This document shows, one piece after another, positions 9,670 through 19,109 of a stretch of DNA of 25,358 bases. The DNA is from Phalacrocorax carbo (lineage: Eukaryota): contig NC_087541.1 in NCBI RefSeq assembly GCF_963921805.1, positions 672,482-697,839 on the forward strand, read 5' to 3'. Numbering within the stretch: position 1 is the first letter of the stretch; the number at the start of each line of letters is the position of its first letter. The notes below the pieces were generated by a model. It was not told the origin of the DNA and ran no database searches. It was given only the letters and a program-made list of their open reading frames with translations. The translations under genes and the position numbers were made by a program.

Positions 9670-9789
9670 GGCCGCCTGCGGGGGGCGGGCCGGTGTCACA
9701 CAGCGGCCCCCAGAAACGCCGGGATTCGCCCCAAAAAATGGGCATGGGGCTAAAGGTGATCCCGGTGTCGCCGTGGCCACCAAGGGGGG

Positions 9790-10880
9790 TCCTGAGGTGG
9801 TGCTGCCGCCCTCAAGGCCACCGTTTTAATGTCTAAGGTGGTCCTGGTGACCCCCTTGGCCACCAAATTGAGCCCCCCAGGGCCACCCTGGTGTCCCCAC
9901 GGCTACCAAATTCTCCCTGTAGCCACCAAATTGAGCCCTGAGGCAATCTGACCACCTACAATGGCCACTGTTTTAAGGTCTAAGGTGGTCCTGGTGACCC
10001 CGTGGCCACCTAATTCAGCTTTGAGGTGATCCTTGTGGCCACCAAATTGAGCCCAAGGCCACCCCGGTGTCCCCACGGCTACCAAATTCTCCCTGTGGCC
10101 ACCAAATTGAGCCCTGAGGCAATCTGGCCACCTACAATGGCCACCGTTTTAAGGTCTAAGGTGGTCCTGGTGACCCTGTGGCCGCCAAATTGAGCCCTCA
10201 GGTCACCAAATTCTCCCTGTGGCCACCAAATTGAGCCCTGAGGCGATCAGCCACCTACAATGGCCACCGTTTTAAGGTCTAAGTTAGTCTTGGTGACCCC
10301 GTGGCCACCAAATTCAGCCCTGAGGTGATCCTTGTGGCCACCAAATTGAGCCCTCAGGCCACCAAATTGAGCCCTGAGGTGAACCCGATGACCCCGTGGC
10401 CACCAAGGTGAGCACTGAGGTGGTCCTGCTGCCCTCAAGGCCACCGATTTAAGGTCTAAGGTGGTCCTGGTGTCCCCGTGGCCACCAAATTCAGCCCCGA
10501 GGCCACCAAATTGAAGCCTGAGGCGATCGGGCCACCTACAATGGCCACCGTTTTAAGGTCTAAGGTGGTCCTGGTGACCCCGTGGCCACCTAATTCAGCT
10601 TTGAGGTGATCCCTGTGGCCACCAAATTGAGCCCCGAGGTGGTCCTGGTGACCCCGTGGCCACCAAATCGAGCCCCAAGGCCACCCCAGTGTCCCCGTGG
10701 CCACCAAGGTGGGTCCTGAAGTGGTCCTGCCACCTCAAGGCCACCATTTAAAGGTCTAACGTGGTCCTGGTGTCCCCATGGCCACCAAATTGAGGCCTGA
10801 GGCCACCAAATTGTCCCTGTGGCCACCAAGTTGAGCCCTGAGGCGATCGGGCCACCTACAATGGCCGCCATTTTAACGCC
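9790..10880. repeat. complex higher-order satellite (about 270-bp units built from GGCCACCAAATTGAGCCCTGAGG and CTACAATGGCCACCGTTTTAAGGTCTAAGGTGGTCCTGGTGACC), about 4 copies
   Basis: repeated blocks visible at 9960, 10130, 10250, 10530 and 10850. Confidence 0.75.
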
Positions 10881-10899
10881 TGAGGTGATCCCGCCAGCC

Positions 10900-11360
10900 C
10901 TGAGCCCCCCCCCACCCCCCCGGCCGCCATCTTGGGTCCCGGCGCCGCCATTTTGAACCCCGACGCCGCCCCCCCTCCCCCTCCCAAACCCCGCCCCCGC
11001 CATTTCCAGCCCGTCACGCACCCCCAGCCCCCCCCCCCCCGCACCCCCCGCACCCGCTACCCCCGCACCGCCCCCCCCCCGCGTCCCCTCCCCGCACTCA
11101 CCCTCCTCGGGCTCCCCCGGGACCGGCGAGGTCAGGGACGGGACCCTCAGCCCCCGCCCGCCATTTTTTCTTCCCGCTCCCGCCTTCCACCGGCTCCCGA
11201 CTGCGCATGCGCGGGGGGAGCAACACGCTTGCGCAGGGCGGCGCCGGTGTGGTGTGCGCATGCGCGGCGCCGGAAGACTCCGCGGTCCCGCCCCTTTGCC
11301 CACGTGTTTGTGCGAGGCCGCACCCTCTTCCGCCCACGGCGCATGCGCGGGGGGAGGAAG
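10900..11360. promoter_or_regulatory. CpG-island promoter module: two YY1 consensus sites (GCCGCCATCTTG 10923-10934, GCCGCCATTTT 10944-10954) plus three perfect NRF1 palindromes GCGCATGCGC (11213-11222, 11266-11275, 11339-11348)
   Basis: exact matches to established YY1 and NRF1 consensus motifs; lies 1.2-1.7 kb upstream of the PAGR1 ATG on the minus strand. Confidence 0.55.
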
Positions 11361-11629
11361 TCGGTGTGTAACCGTTAATTAAGATGGATATTTTTTGCTT
11401 TATTGCTCTGAAATCCAAGCGAATGGGCCCAAAATTAGGGTGGGGGGACGGTCGGGGGCCTCTCCTCGGTGGGCGCGGCCCTTAAAGAGGTAAAAGGCGT
11501 GGGTGGGGCCTGCCTTAAAGGGGACGTCCGTGCCCCAACCGTAATAAAAATGAATAATTCATAAGTAAAAGAAATCAAGTAGTGTCTAAATAAAGTAATT
11601 AATGAGCCCGGGTGGAAGAAAGCTCGGGA

Positions 11630-11870
11630 GGAGGTGGCCCCACCTTATCGCCGCTTTAAGAGATGGTGTTGCCTCTTTAGAGAACGGGTGGGCCCCACCT
11701 TATCGCCGCTTTAAGAGATGGTGTTGCCTCTTTAGAGAACGGGTGGGCCCCACCTTATCGCCGCTTTAAGAGATGGTGTTGCCTCTTTAGAGAACGGGTG
11801 GGCCCCACCTTATCGCCGCTTTAAGGTACGGCGCTGCCCCTTTAAGAGGAGGCGGGCCCGCCGTGTCGCC
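11630..11870. repeat. 57-bp x4 tandem repeat (GGGTGGGCCCCACCTTATCGCCGCTTTAAGAGATGGTGTTGCCTCTTTAGAGAAC) inside an AT-rich island
   Basis: four near-identical copies. Confidence 0.85.
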
Positions 11871-11879
11871 GCTTTAAGG

Positions 11880-12760
11880 CCGCCCCGCCCCGCCCCGCCC
11901 CGCACTGATTGGCTCACTTGGTGTAACAGACGCAGGCGCCGCCAATCAGAGGGAGGAGAAGGAGGAGCGTGGCCAAGGTGGTTCTGCCGCCAGCCAATTG
12001 CCGGCTGGGACCTGCACGCTGCGCCACTGGGCGGCCAATCGGAAAGAGGGGCGGGAGGGCGAGGTCAGGGGAGCGGGAGAACCCCGAACACCCGCCCCGG
12101 GACCCCCTCATGGGCCTGCCCTAAGCCACGCCCACAGAGGGGCTTGGTCCCGCCCACAGAAGTTTGGCCCGCCCCTTCACGTGGCCCCGCCCCGTTGTGG
12201 CCCCGCCCCGCCTGCCAGTGGCCACGCCCATCGCCCTCTAGACCCCACCCACCGCAATGCAGACCGCACCCACAGCCCCTAGACCCCGCCCCTTTCTGCA
12301 CCCCGCCCTCCATTAAAAGGCTGCCTGGTTTTGGCCCCGCCCACAACCCTCAGACCCCGCCCCTTCGCCCAGACACCGTCCAGGTTTTAACCCCGCCCCT
12401 TCCCCGGAAGCCCCGCCCCCAGCCGGGCTCTGGAAGCGGCGAGGAGGGGCGGGGCGTTGCCAAGGGGATGGGGCCCCGCCGACCAATCGCCGCTCGGGCA
12501 GGCACCGGCTCCACCCCCTCCCCTTCAGAATCAGCCAATCGGCTGCGCGTTGGGGGCGGCGCTACGGTCACGTGGGCGGCGCGGGGCCGCTCTAGGCCGC
12601 TGGAGGAACGCGGCTCTATGGTCTGCGGGGCTCCACAGCGCTCCCCCATCCCCCCACCTCCCGCCTCAGCCGCCCCCCACCGCGTCGGCTCAGCAGGGAC
12701 GTCACGGGAGGAGGCGGTGACGTCACGGGGGACGTCACCCTCCCCCCCCCCCAGCCGATG
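11880..12760. promoter_or_regulatory. TATA-less promoter-type block: CCAAT boxes at 11907, 11942, 11994, 12035, 12483 and 12536; about 15 Sp1 GC boxes (CCCCGCCCC, 11881-12420); E-box CACGTG; three tandem CRE/ATF half or full sites (GGGACGTCAC / GTGACGTCAC / GGGACGTCAC, 12697-12740)
   Basis: direct motif matches; orientation and position are consistent with TAOK2 upstream and 5'UTR control and/or divergent transcription with PAGR1. Confidence 0.5.
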
Positions 12761-12799
12761 CCGGCGCCGCCTCGGCCCGCTCCGACCCGCCCCCCTCGC

Positions 12800-13260
12800 C
12801 CCCGCCGCGGCCGCCGCCATTTTTCGCCCTCTCTCAGGAGCCGCTTCCCGCCATTCCCTCCCTTCTCCCCCTGCCCCCGCTCGGCGCATGCGCCGCCCCG
12901 ATCCTGGCCCCGGCAACAGCGCCGCCGCCCAATCCCCGCCCGCCCTGCCCGCGCCGCCCCGCCCCCTCCCGCCCCCTCAGCGCTCCAGCCAATCGCCCGC
13001 TTCCTTCCCCACCGGCTCGCGCGCCCATTGGCCGAGATCACCCGCCCCGCGCACGCCCCGCCCACCTCCTGGCGGGCCCGCCCGCCCTGTGCCTTCACCC
13101 GCCGCCGATCTGCGCATGCGCGGAAGGGGGTCGGGGGCGCGGCGCGCATGCGCCGCAGGGCCCGCTCGGGCTGCCACTTCCGGTCCGGCCGCCAGCGCCA
13201 TCTTAGATCCGGGGGCTCCCCCACCCCCTTCCCCGGGGGCTCCCCCCGCTCGCCGCCGCC
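12800..13260. promoter_or_regulatory. second NRF1/YY1 module: GCGCATGCGC at 12884-12893, 13112-13121 and 13144-13153; YY1-like GCCGCCATTTTT (12811-12822) and CGCCATCTTAG (13193); CCAAT at 12989 and 13027
   Basis: motif matches; candidate TSS region for a non-coding first exon of TAOK2 (possible donor CCG|GTGAGG near 13446). Confidence 0.4.
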
Positions 13261-13479
13261 GCCGCTTTGGGGTTAAAGCCCGGCTTTTTGGGTATCCCGG
13301 AGCCGCCCCTCCCCCCCCTCCCGGGAAGGAGGGATTCGGGGGGAGGTGGGGGCCCCCCCCCGGAGCTGGAGCCGCCCGGGGGGGGGGGGCGGACGAGGGG
13401 GGCTGGGCGACCCCCGCGGCCCGACGGAGCCGGAGCCGGAGCCGGTGAGGGGCGACCGGGGGCTTGGGGGGGGCCAGGG

Positions 13480-15500
13480 CCGGCGGCACTTGGGGGGCAG
13501 CGGCACTTGGGGGGCAGAGCCGGGGCCCTTGGGGCACTTGGGGCTCGGTAGGACTTGGGGGGCAGAGCCGGGGCCCTTGGGGCACTTGGGGCTCGGTAGG
13601 ACTTGGGGGGCAGAGCCGGGGCCCTTGGGGCACTTGGGGGTCGGTAGGACTTGGGGGGCAGAGCCGGGGTACTTGGGGCTCGGTAGGACTTGGGGGGCAG
13701 AGCCGGGGCCCTTGGGGCACTTGGGGCAGTTTAGGACTTGGGGGGCAGAGCCGGGGCCCTTGGGGCACTTGGGGCTCGGTAGGACTTGGGGGGCAGAGCC
13801 GGGGCCCTTGGGGCACTTGGGGCTCGGTAGGACTTGGGGGGCAGAGCCGGGGCCCTTGGGGCACTTGGGGGTCGGTAGGACTTGGGGGGCAGAGCCGGGG
13901 CCCTTGGGGCACTGGTGGGGCAGACTCTGGGTCTCTTGGGGGGCAACGCTTGGGTCACTTATGGGATCTGTGGGGCACTTGGGGGGGGACCCTGGGGCAA
14001 CTGTGGGGCAGAGCCTAGATCTTAAGTTCTCTTTAGCACTTGTGCTAAAGCACTTGGGGGGCAGCGCTTGGGTCTCTTGGGGGGCAGCGCTTGGGTCTCT
14101 TGTGGGATCTGTGGGGCAGAGCGTGGGGCACTTGGGGGGGCCCCATGGTCCCTTTTGGGAGAGAGCCTGAACCTTGGTCACTTGTGGGGCAGAGCCGGGG
14201 GCACTTGGGGGGCAGCAAGGCTTGTGGGGCAGAGCCTGGACCTTGAGTTCTCTTTAGCACTTGTGGGGCGGAGCGTGGGGCACTTGTGGGGCAGCGGGGC
14301 TTGGGGGGAGGGCCTGGACCCCAGGGACTCTTGTGGGGCAGCGCTTGGGTCGCTTGTGGATTCTGTGGGGCAGAATGTGGGTCACTTGGGGGGCAGAGCC
14401 TGAACCTCTGGAGCACTTGTGGGGCAGGGTGTGGGTCCCTTGGGGGCAGCGTGTGGGTCTCTTGTGGGGCAGTGCTTGGGTAGCTTGTGGGATCTGTGGG
14501 ACCGAGTGTGGGTCACTTGGGGGGCAGAGCCTGGGGCCCTGGGTCACATGTGGGGCAGGGTGTGGGTCACGTGTGGGGCAGGGCCTGTACCCTTGGGTCA
14601 GTTGTGGGGCAGGGCGTGGGTCACTTGGGGGGCAGAGCCTGTACCCCTGGGTCAGTTGTGGGGCAGGGCGTGGGTCACTTGGGGGGCAGAGCCTGTACCC
14701 CTGGGTCAGTTGTGGGGCAGGGCGTGGGTCACGTGTGGGGCAGAGCCTGAACCTTGTGTCACGTGTGGGGCAGGGCGTGGGTCACGTGTGGGGCAGGGCC
14801 TGAACCTTGGGTCACTTGTGGGGCAGGGTGTGGGTCACGTGTGGGATCTGTGGGGCTGAGTGTGGGTCACTTGGGGGGCAGAGCCTGGGGCCTTGGGTCA
14901 CTTGGGGGTCAGAGCCTGGTTCAGTTGTGGGGCAGGGTGTGGGTCACGTGTGGGGCAGAGCCTGTATCCCTGGGTCAGTTGTGGGGCAGAGCCTGCTTCA
15001 GTTGTGGGGCAGGGCCTGTATCCCTGGGTCACTTGGGGGGCAGAGCCTGCTTCAGTTGTGGGGCAGGGCCTGTATCCCTGGGTCACTTGGGGGGCAGAGC
15101 CTGCTTCAGTTGTGGGGCAGAGCCTGTATCCCTGGGTCACTTGGGGGGCAGAGCCTGGTTCAGTTGTGGGGCAGGGCGTGGGTCCCTTGTGGGGCAGAGC
15201 CCGAACCTTGGGTCACTTGGGGGGCAGGGCCTGGGTCACTTGGGGGGCAGAGCCTGCTTCAGTTGTGGGGCAGGGCATGGGTCACGTGTGGGGCAGAGCC
15301 CGAACCTTGGGTCACTTGGGGGGCAGGGCCTGGTTCAGTTGTGGGGCAGGGTGTGGGTCACGTGTGGGGCAGAGCCCGAACCTTGGGTCACTTGGGGGGC
15401 AGGGCCTGGTTCAGTTGTGGGGCAGGGCGTGGGTCACGTGTGGGGCAGAGCCCGAACCTTGGGTCACTTGGGGGGCAGGGCGTGGGTCACGTGTGGGGCA
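13480..15500. repeat. about 60-bp minisatellite family (CTTGGGGCACTTGGGGCTCGGTAGGACTTGGGGGGCAGAGCCGGGGCC, then GGGTCACGTGTGGGGCAGAGCCTGAACCTTGGGTCACTTGTGGGGCAGGGCGTG), about 30 copies
   Basis: visible periodicity. Confidence 0.85.
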
Positions 15501-15638
15501 GAGCCTGCACCCAAGCCACCCCCCCCGCCAGCAGCAGCACTCGGGTGACCCGTGGGGCCCCCCTGCGCCCCGTGGGGCAGCCCTGGCTGACGCGCGGCTC
15601 TGCCCCACGGCCGCTGTGGGGCGGGGGCAGGCGCCGCC

Positions 15639-15758
15639 ATGCCCTGGGGACGCCCGCGGGGCCCCCCCGGGGCCGGGCTCTTCCTGCAGGGGGACCCCGA
15701 GCGGCTCTTCGGGGACCTGCGCGAGATCGGCCACGGCAGCTTCGGCGCCGTCTACTTC
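15639..15758 (+). CDS. TAOK2: TAOK2 coding exon 1: start codon in gccgccATGc Kozak context, [40 protein letters not shown], kinase subdomain I (Gly loop)
   Basis: ATG at 15639; translation matches the TAO kinase N-terminus ([22 protein letters not shown] in human); phase-0 donor GTGAGT at 15759. Confidence 0.88.
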
Positions 15759-15764
15759 GTGAGT

Positions 15765-17290
15765 GCCCCACAAGTGCCCCCCCGCGCCCCACGGGTGCCC
15801 CCACGCACACCCCCGAGCCCCACAAGTGCCCCCACAAACACCCCGTGCCCCACGGGGGCCCCCCCGCGCCCCACAAGTGCCCACCACACACACCATGTGC
15901 CCCACAGAGGCCCACCCGTGCCCCACAAGTGCCCCCACAAACACCCCGTGCCCCACGGGGGCCCCCCCGCGCCCCACAAGTGCCCCCACACACACCCCCG
16001 GGTGCCCCCCTGCTCCCCACAAGTGCCCTCACAAACACCCGGTGCCCCCCTGCTCCCCACAAGTGCCCCCACAAACACCCCGTGCCCCACGGGGGCCCCC
16101 CCGCGCCCCACAAGTGCCCGCCACACACACCATGTGCCCCACGGGGGCCCACCCGTGCCCCACAAGTGCCCCCACACACACCCCCGGGTGCCCCCCTGCT
16201 CCCCACAAGTGCCCCCACACACACCCCCGTGCCCCCCGGATGCCCCCCTGCGCCCCACAAGTGCCCCACACACACACCCCGCGCCCCACGGGGGCCCCCC
16301 CCACGGCCCCCCCCATGCCCCCACACACACCCCGTGCCCCACGGGTGCCCCCCCGTGCCCCCACTCACACCCCCGCGCCCCACGGGTGCCCCCCACACAC
16401 ACCCCGCGCCCCACGGGTGCCCCCACATGGGTGCCTCATAGGTGCCCCCCTGCGCCCCATGAGTGCCCCTCCGCGCCCCATGAGTGTCCCCACACCCCCC
16501 TGAGCCCCACAAGTGCCCCCACAAACACCCCGTGCCCCATGGGGGCCCCCCCGCGCCCCACAAGTGCCCCCACACACACCCCCGGGTGCCCCCCTGCTCC
16601 CCACAAGTGCCCCCACAAACACCCGGTGCCCCCCTGCTCCCCACAAGTGCCCCCACAAACACCCCGTGCCCCACGGGGGCCCCCCCGCGCCCCACAAGTG
16701 CCCCCACACACACCCCCGGGTGCCCCCCTGCTCCCCACAAGTGCCCCCACAAACACCCGGTGCCCCCCTGCTCCCCACAAGTGCCCCCACAAACACCCCG
16801 TGCCCCCCGGATGCCCCCCTGCGCCCCACAAGTGCCCCCCACACACACCCCGCGCCCCACGGGGGCCCCCCCACGGCCCCCCCCATGCCCCCACACACAC
16901 TCCGTGCCCCACGGGTGCCCCCCCCCCACCCCCCACAAGTGCCCCCCCACACACCCCACACCTCACGGGTGCCCCTCCCGCGCCCCACGGGTGCCCCCCC
17001 GTGCCCCCACTCACACCCCCGCGCCCCACGGGTGCCCCCACACACCCCGCGTCCCACAAGTGCCCCCACATGGGTGCCTCATAGGTGCCCCCCCGCGCCC
17101 CATGAGTGCCCCACACCCCCCCACACACCCCCGTGTCCCACGGGTGCCCCCCCCACACACACCCCGTGCCCCACAGGTGCCCCCACACACACTCTGCGCC
17201 CCACGGGTGCCCTCAAACACACCCCCGTGCCCCACAAGTGCCCCCTACACACCCCCCGCGCCCCCCAAGTGCCCCCCGCGCCCCCCGTCT
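15765..17290. repeat. about 50-bp C-rich minisatellite (CCCCACAAGTGCCCCCACAAACACCCCGTGCCCCACGGGGGCCCCCCCGCG) filling TAOK2 intron 1
   Basis: visible periodicity. Confidence 0.85.
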
Positions 17291-17310
17291 GTCCGTCCCT
17301 CCCCCCGCAG

Positions 17311-17382
17311 GCGCGGGACAGGCGGACGAGCGAGGTGGTGGCCATCAAGAAGATGTGCTACGGCGGGAAGCAGTCCAATGAG
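17311..17382 (+). CDS. TAOK2: TAOK2 exon 2: ARDRRTSEVVAIKKMCYGGKQSNE (VAIK catalytic lysine)
   Basis: polypyrimidine tract plus CAG acceptor ending at 17310; GTGGGA donor at 17383; in phase with exon 1; matches ARDVRNSEVVAIKKMSYSGKQSNE. Confidence 0.9.
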
Positions 17383-17384
17383 GT

Positions 17385-17935
17385 GGGAGGCCCCGCCCCC
17401 GGGTGGGGAGGCCCCGCCCCTTCCCCTCCCGGGTGGGGAGGCCCCGCCCCTTCCCCTCCCGGGTGGGGAGGCCCCGCCCCTTCCCCTCCCGGGTGGGGAG
17501 GCCCCGCCCCTTCCCCTCCCGGGTGGGGAGGCCCCGCCCCTTGCCCTCCCGGGTGGGGAGGCCCCGCCCCCAGAGAGGCAGGCCCCGCCCCCTTTGCCCC
17601 CCTCCAGGGTGGGGAGGCCCTGCTCCCCTTTCCCCTGATGGGAGACCCCGCCCCCAGAGAGGCAGGCCACGCCCCCCTTTTCCCCTGGGTGGGGAGGTCA
17701 CGCCCCCTCCCCCCTGGGTGCAGAGACCCCGCCCCCAGAGAGGAAGGCCCCGCCCCCTTTGCCCCCCTCCTGGGTGCGGAGACCCCGCCCCCCTTTTCCC
17801 CCGGGTGCGTAGGCCACGCCCCCCGGGTGCAGAGACCCCGCCCCCAGAGAGGGAGGCCCCGCCCCCTTTGCCCCCTCCTGGGTGGGGAGGCCCCGCCCCA
17901 CGCCGGCCCCGCCCCACGCCGGCCCCGCCCCACAG
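17385..17935. repeat. 30-bp repeat CCGGGTGGGGAGGCCCCGCCCCTTCCCCTC, about 17 copies, each with a consensus Sp1 GC box; fills TAOK2 intron 2
   Basis: visible periodicity; GGCCCCGCCCC in every unit. Confidence 0.85.
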
Positions 17936-18037
17936 AAGTGGCAGGACATCGTGAAGGAGGTGCAGCTGCTGCAGCGCCTGCGTCACCCCAACACCATCGA
18001 GTTCAAGGGCTGTTACCTGCGCGGCCACACGGCCTGG
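17936..18037 (+). CDS. TAOK2: TAOK2 exon 3: [34 protein letters not shown]
   Basis: acceptor CACAG ending at 17935; donor GTGAGC at 18038; phase 0; LRHPNTI and GCYLR..HTAW match TAOK2. Confidence 0.9.
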
Positions 18038-18059
18038 GTGAGCCCCCCACGTGTGGGGC

Positions 18060-18720
18060 GGGGGCGGGGGCCCTCCTTCGGGGGGTCCTGGGGGGCGGCG
18101 GGACCCACAGGAGGGGCTGGGGGCTCCCTTGGGGGATGTAGGGGGCGTCTTGGGGGGCAGCGGGGCTCGTAGGTGTGGGGTGAGGGGGTGTCGGGACCCA
18201 TAGGTGTGGGGCTGCGGGGTTCCTTGGGGGCTGTAGGGGGGGTGTTGGGTGGCAGCGGGACCCACAGGAGGGGCGGGGGCGTTTTTTGGGGGGTGTTGGG
18301 ACCCACAGATGTGGGGCACGGGGACAGTCGGGAGGCATGAGACCCATACATATGGGGCTGGGGGATTATCAGGACTCACAGATGAGGGTCAGGGGAGCAG
18401 CTGGGGGGTGCCAGGACCCACAGATGTGGCGCGGGGGGCAGTTGGGGGGCACCAGGACCCCCAGATGTGGGGCAGGGGGGCAGTTGGGCGGTGCAAGGAC
18501 CCCCAGATGTGGGGCAGGGGGGCAGTTGGGGGGTGCCAGGACCCACAGATGTGGCGCAGGGGGGCAGTTGTGGGCTAGTTGGGAAACACAGATGTGGGGC
18601 GGGGGACAGTTGGGCGGTGCCAGGACCCCCAGATGTGGGGCAGGGGGGCAGTTGGGCGGTGCCAGAACCCACAGATGTGGGGCAGGGGGGCAGTTGGGAG
18701 GCACGGGCCCCATAACCGGG
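18060..18720. repeat. about 60-bp repeat (GGACCCACAGATGTGGGGCAGGGGGGCAGTTGGGCGGTGCCA), about 9 copies, in TAOK2 intron 3
   Basis: visible periodicity. Confidence 0.8.
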
Positions 18721-18850
18721 CCCTGGTGGCGCTTTGACAGTGGGGCAAACCCCCCATAGCGCGGCCCTGACGTGGGGTCGGGCCCTGCCCCACGGCAAGA
18801 CTTGGGGGGCAGCTGTGGGGCAGGCGCTGACCCCTCTCTCCCCCCCCAAG

Positions 18851-18896
18851 CTGGTCATGGAGTATTGCCTGGGCTCGGCCTCCGACCTGCTGGAGG
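18851..18896 (+). CDS. TAOK2: TAOK2 exon 4: LVMEYCLGSASDLLE plus 1 nt of a split codon
   Basis: acceptor AAG ending at 18850; donor G|GTGAGT at 18897; identical to human LVMEYCLGSASDLLE. Confidence 0.9.
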
Positions 18897-19006
18897 GTGA
18901 GTGGCGGCGCCGTGGGGCGGCAGCGCCGTGGGGCGGCGGCGCCGTGGGGCGGTGCCGTGGGGCGCCCCACGGCTGCCCCTGCCCCACGCCGCTCCTGCCC
19001 CCCAAG

Positions 19007-19103
19007 CGCACAAGAAGCCGCTGCAGGAGGGGGAGATCGCGGCCATCACGCACGGGGCGCTGCGGGGCCTGGCCTACCTGCACGGCCACGACGTCATCCA
19101 CAG
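19007..19103 (+). CDS. TAOK2: TAOK2 exon 5: (A)[31 protein letters not shown](R), catalytic-loop HR
   Basis: acceptor CCAAG ending at 19006 completes the split Ala codon; donor AG|GTGTGT at 19104; phase consistent with exons 4 and 6. Confidence 0.88.
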
Positions 19104-19109
19104 GTGTGT

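Noticed and set aside
15487-16959. 490-aa minus-strand ORF, plus many other ORFs of 200-780 aa (e.g. 19074-21116 -, 21333-23666 +, 21853-23529 -, 12144-13448 +, 13273-14181 -)
   Set aside because: All lie inside G- or C-rich minisatellites. They translate as periodic Gly/Pro/Arg/Trp low-complexity repeats and exist in several frames and both strands at once. They are artefacts of stop-codon-poor GC-rich DNA.
18897-19006. Short 15-bp x4 repeat (GGCGCCGTGGGGCGG) considered as a regulatory element
   Set aside because: It is the entire 110-bp TAOK2 intron 4, whose donor and acceptor are well defined. There is no evidence beyond simple repetition.
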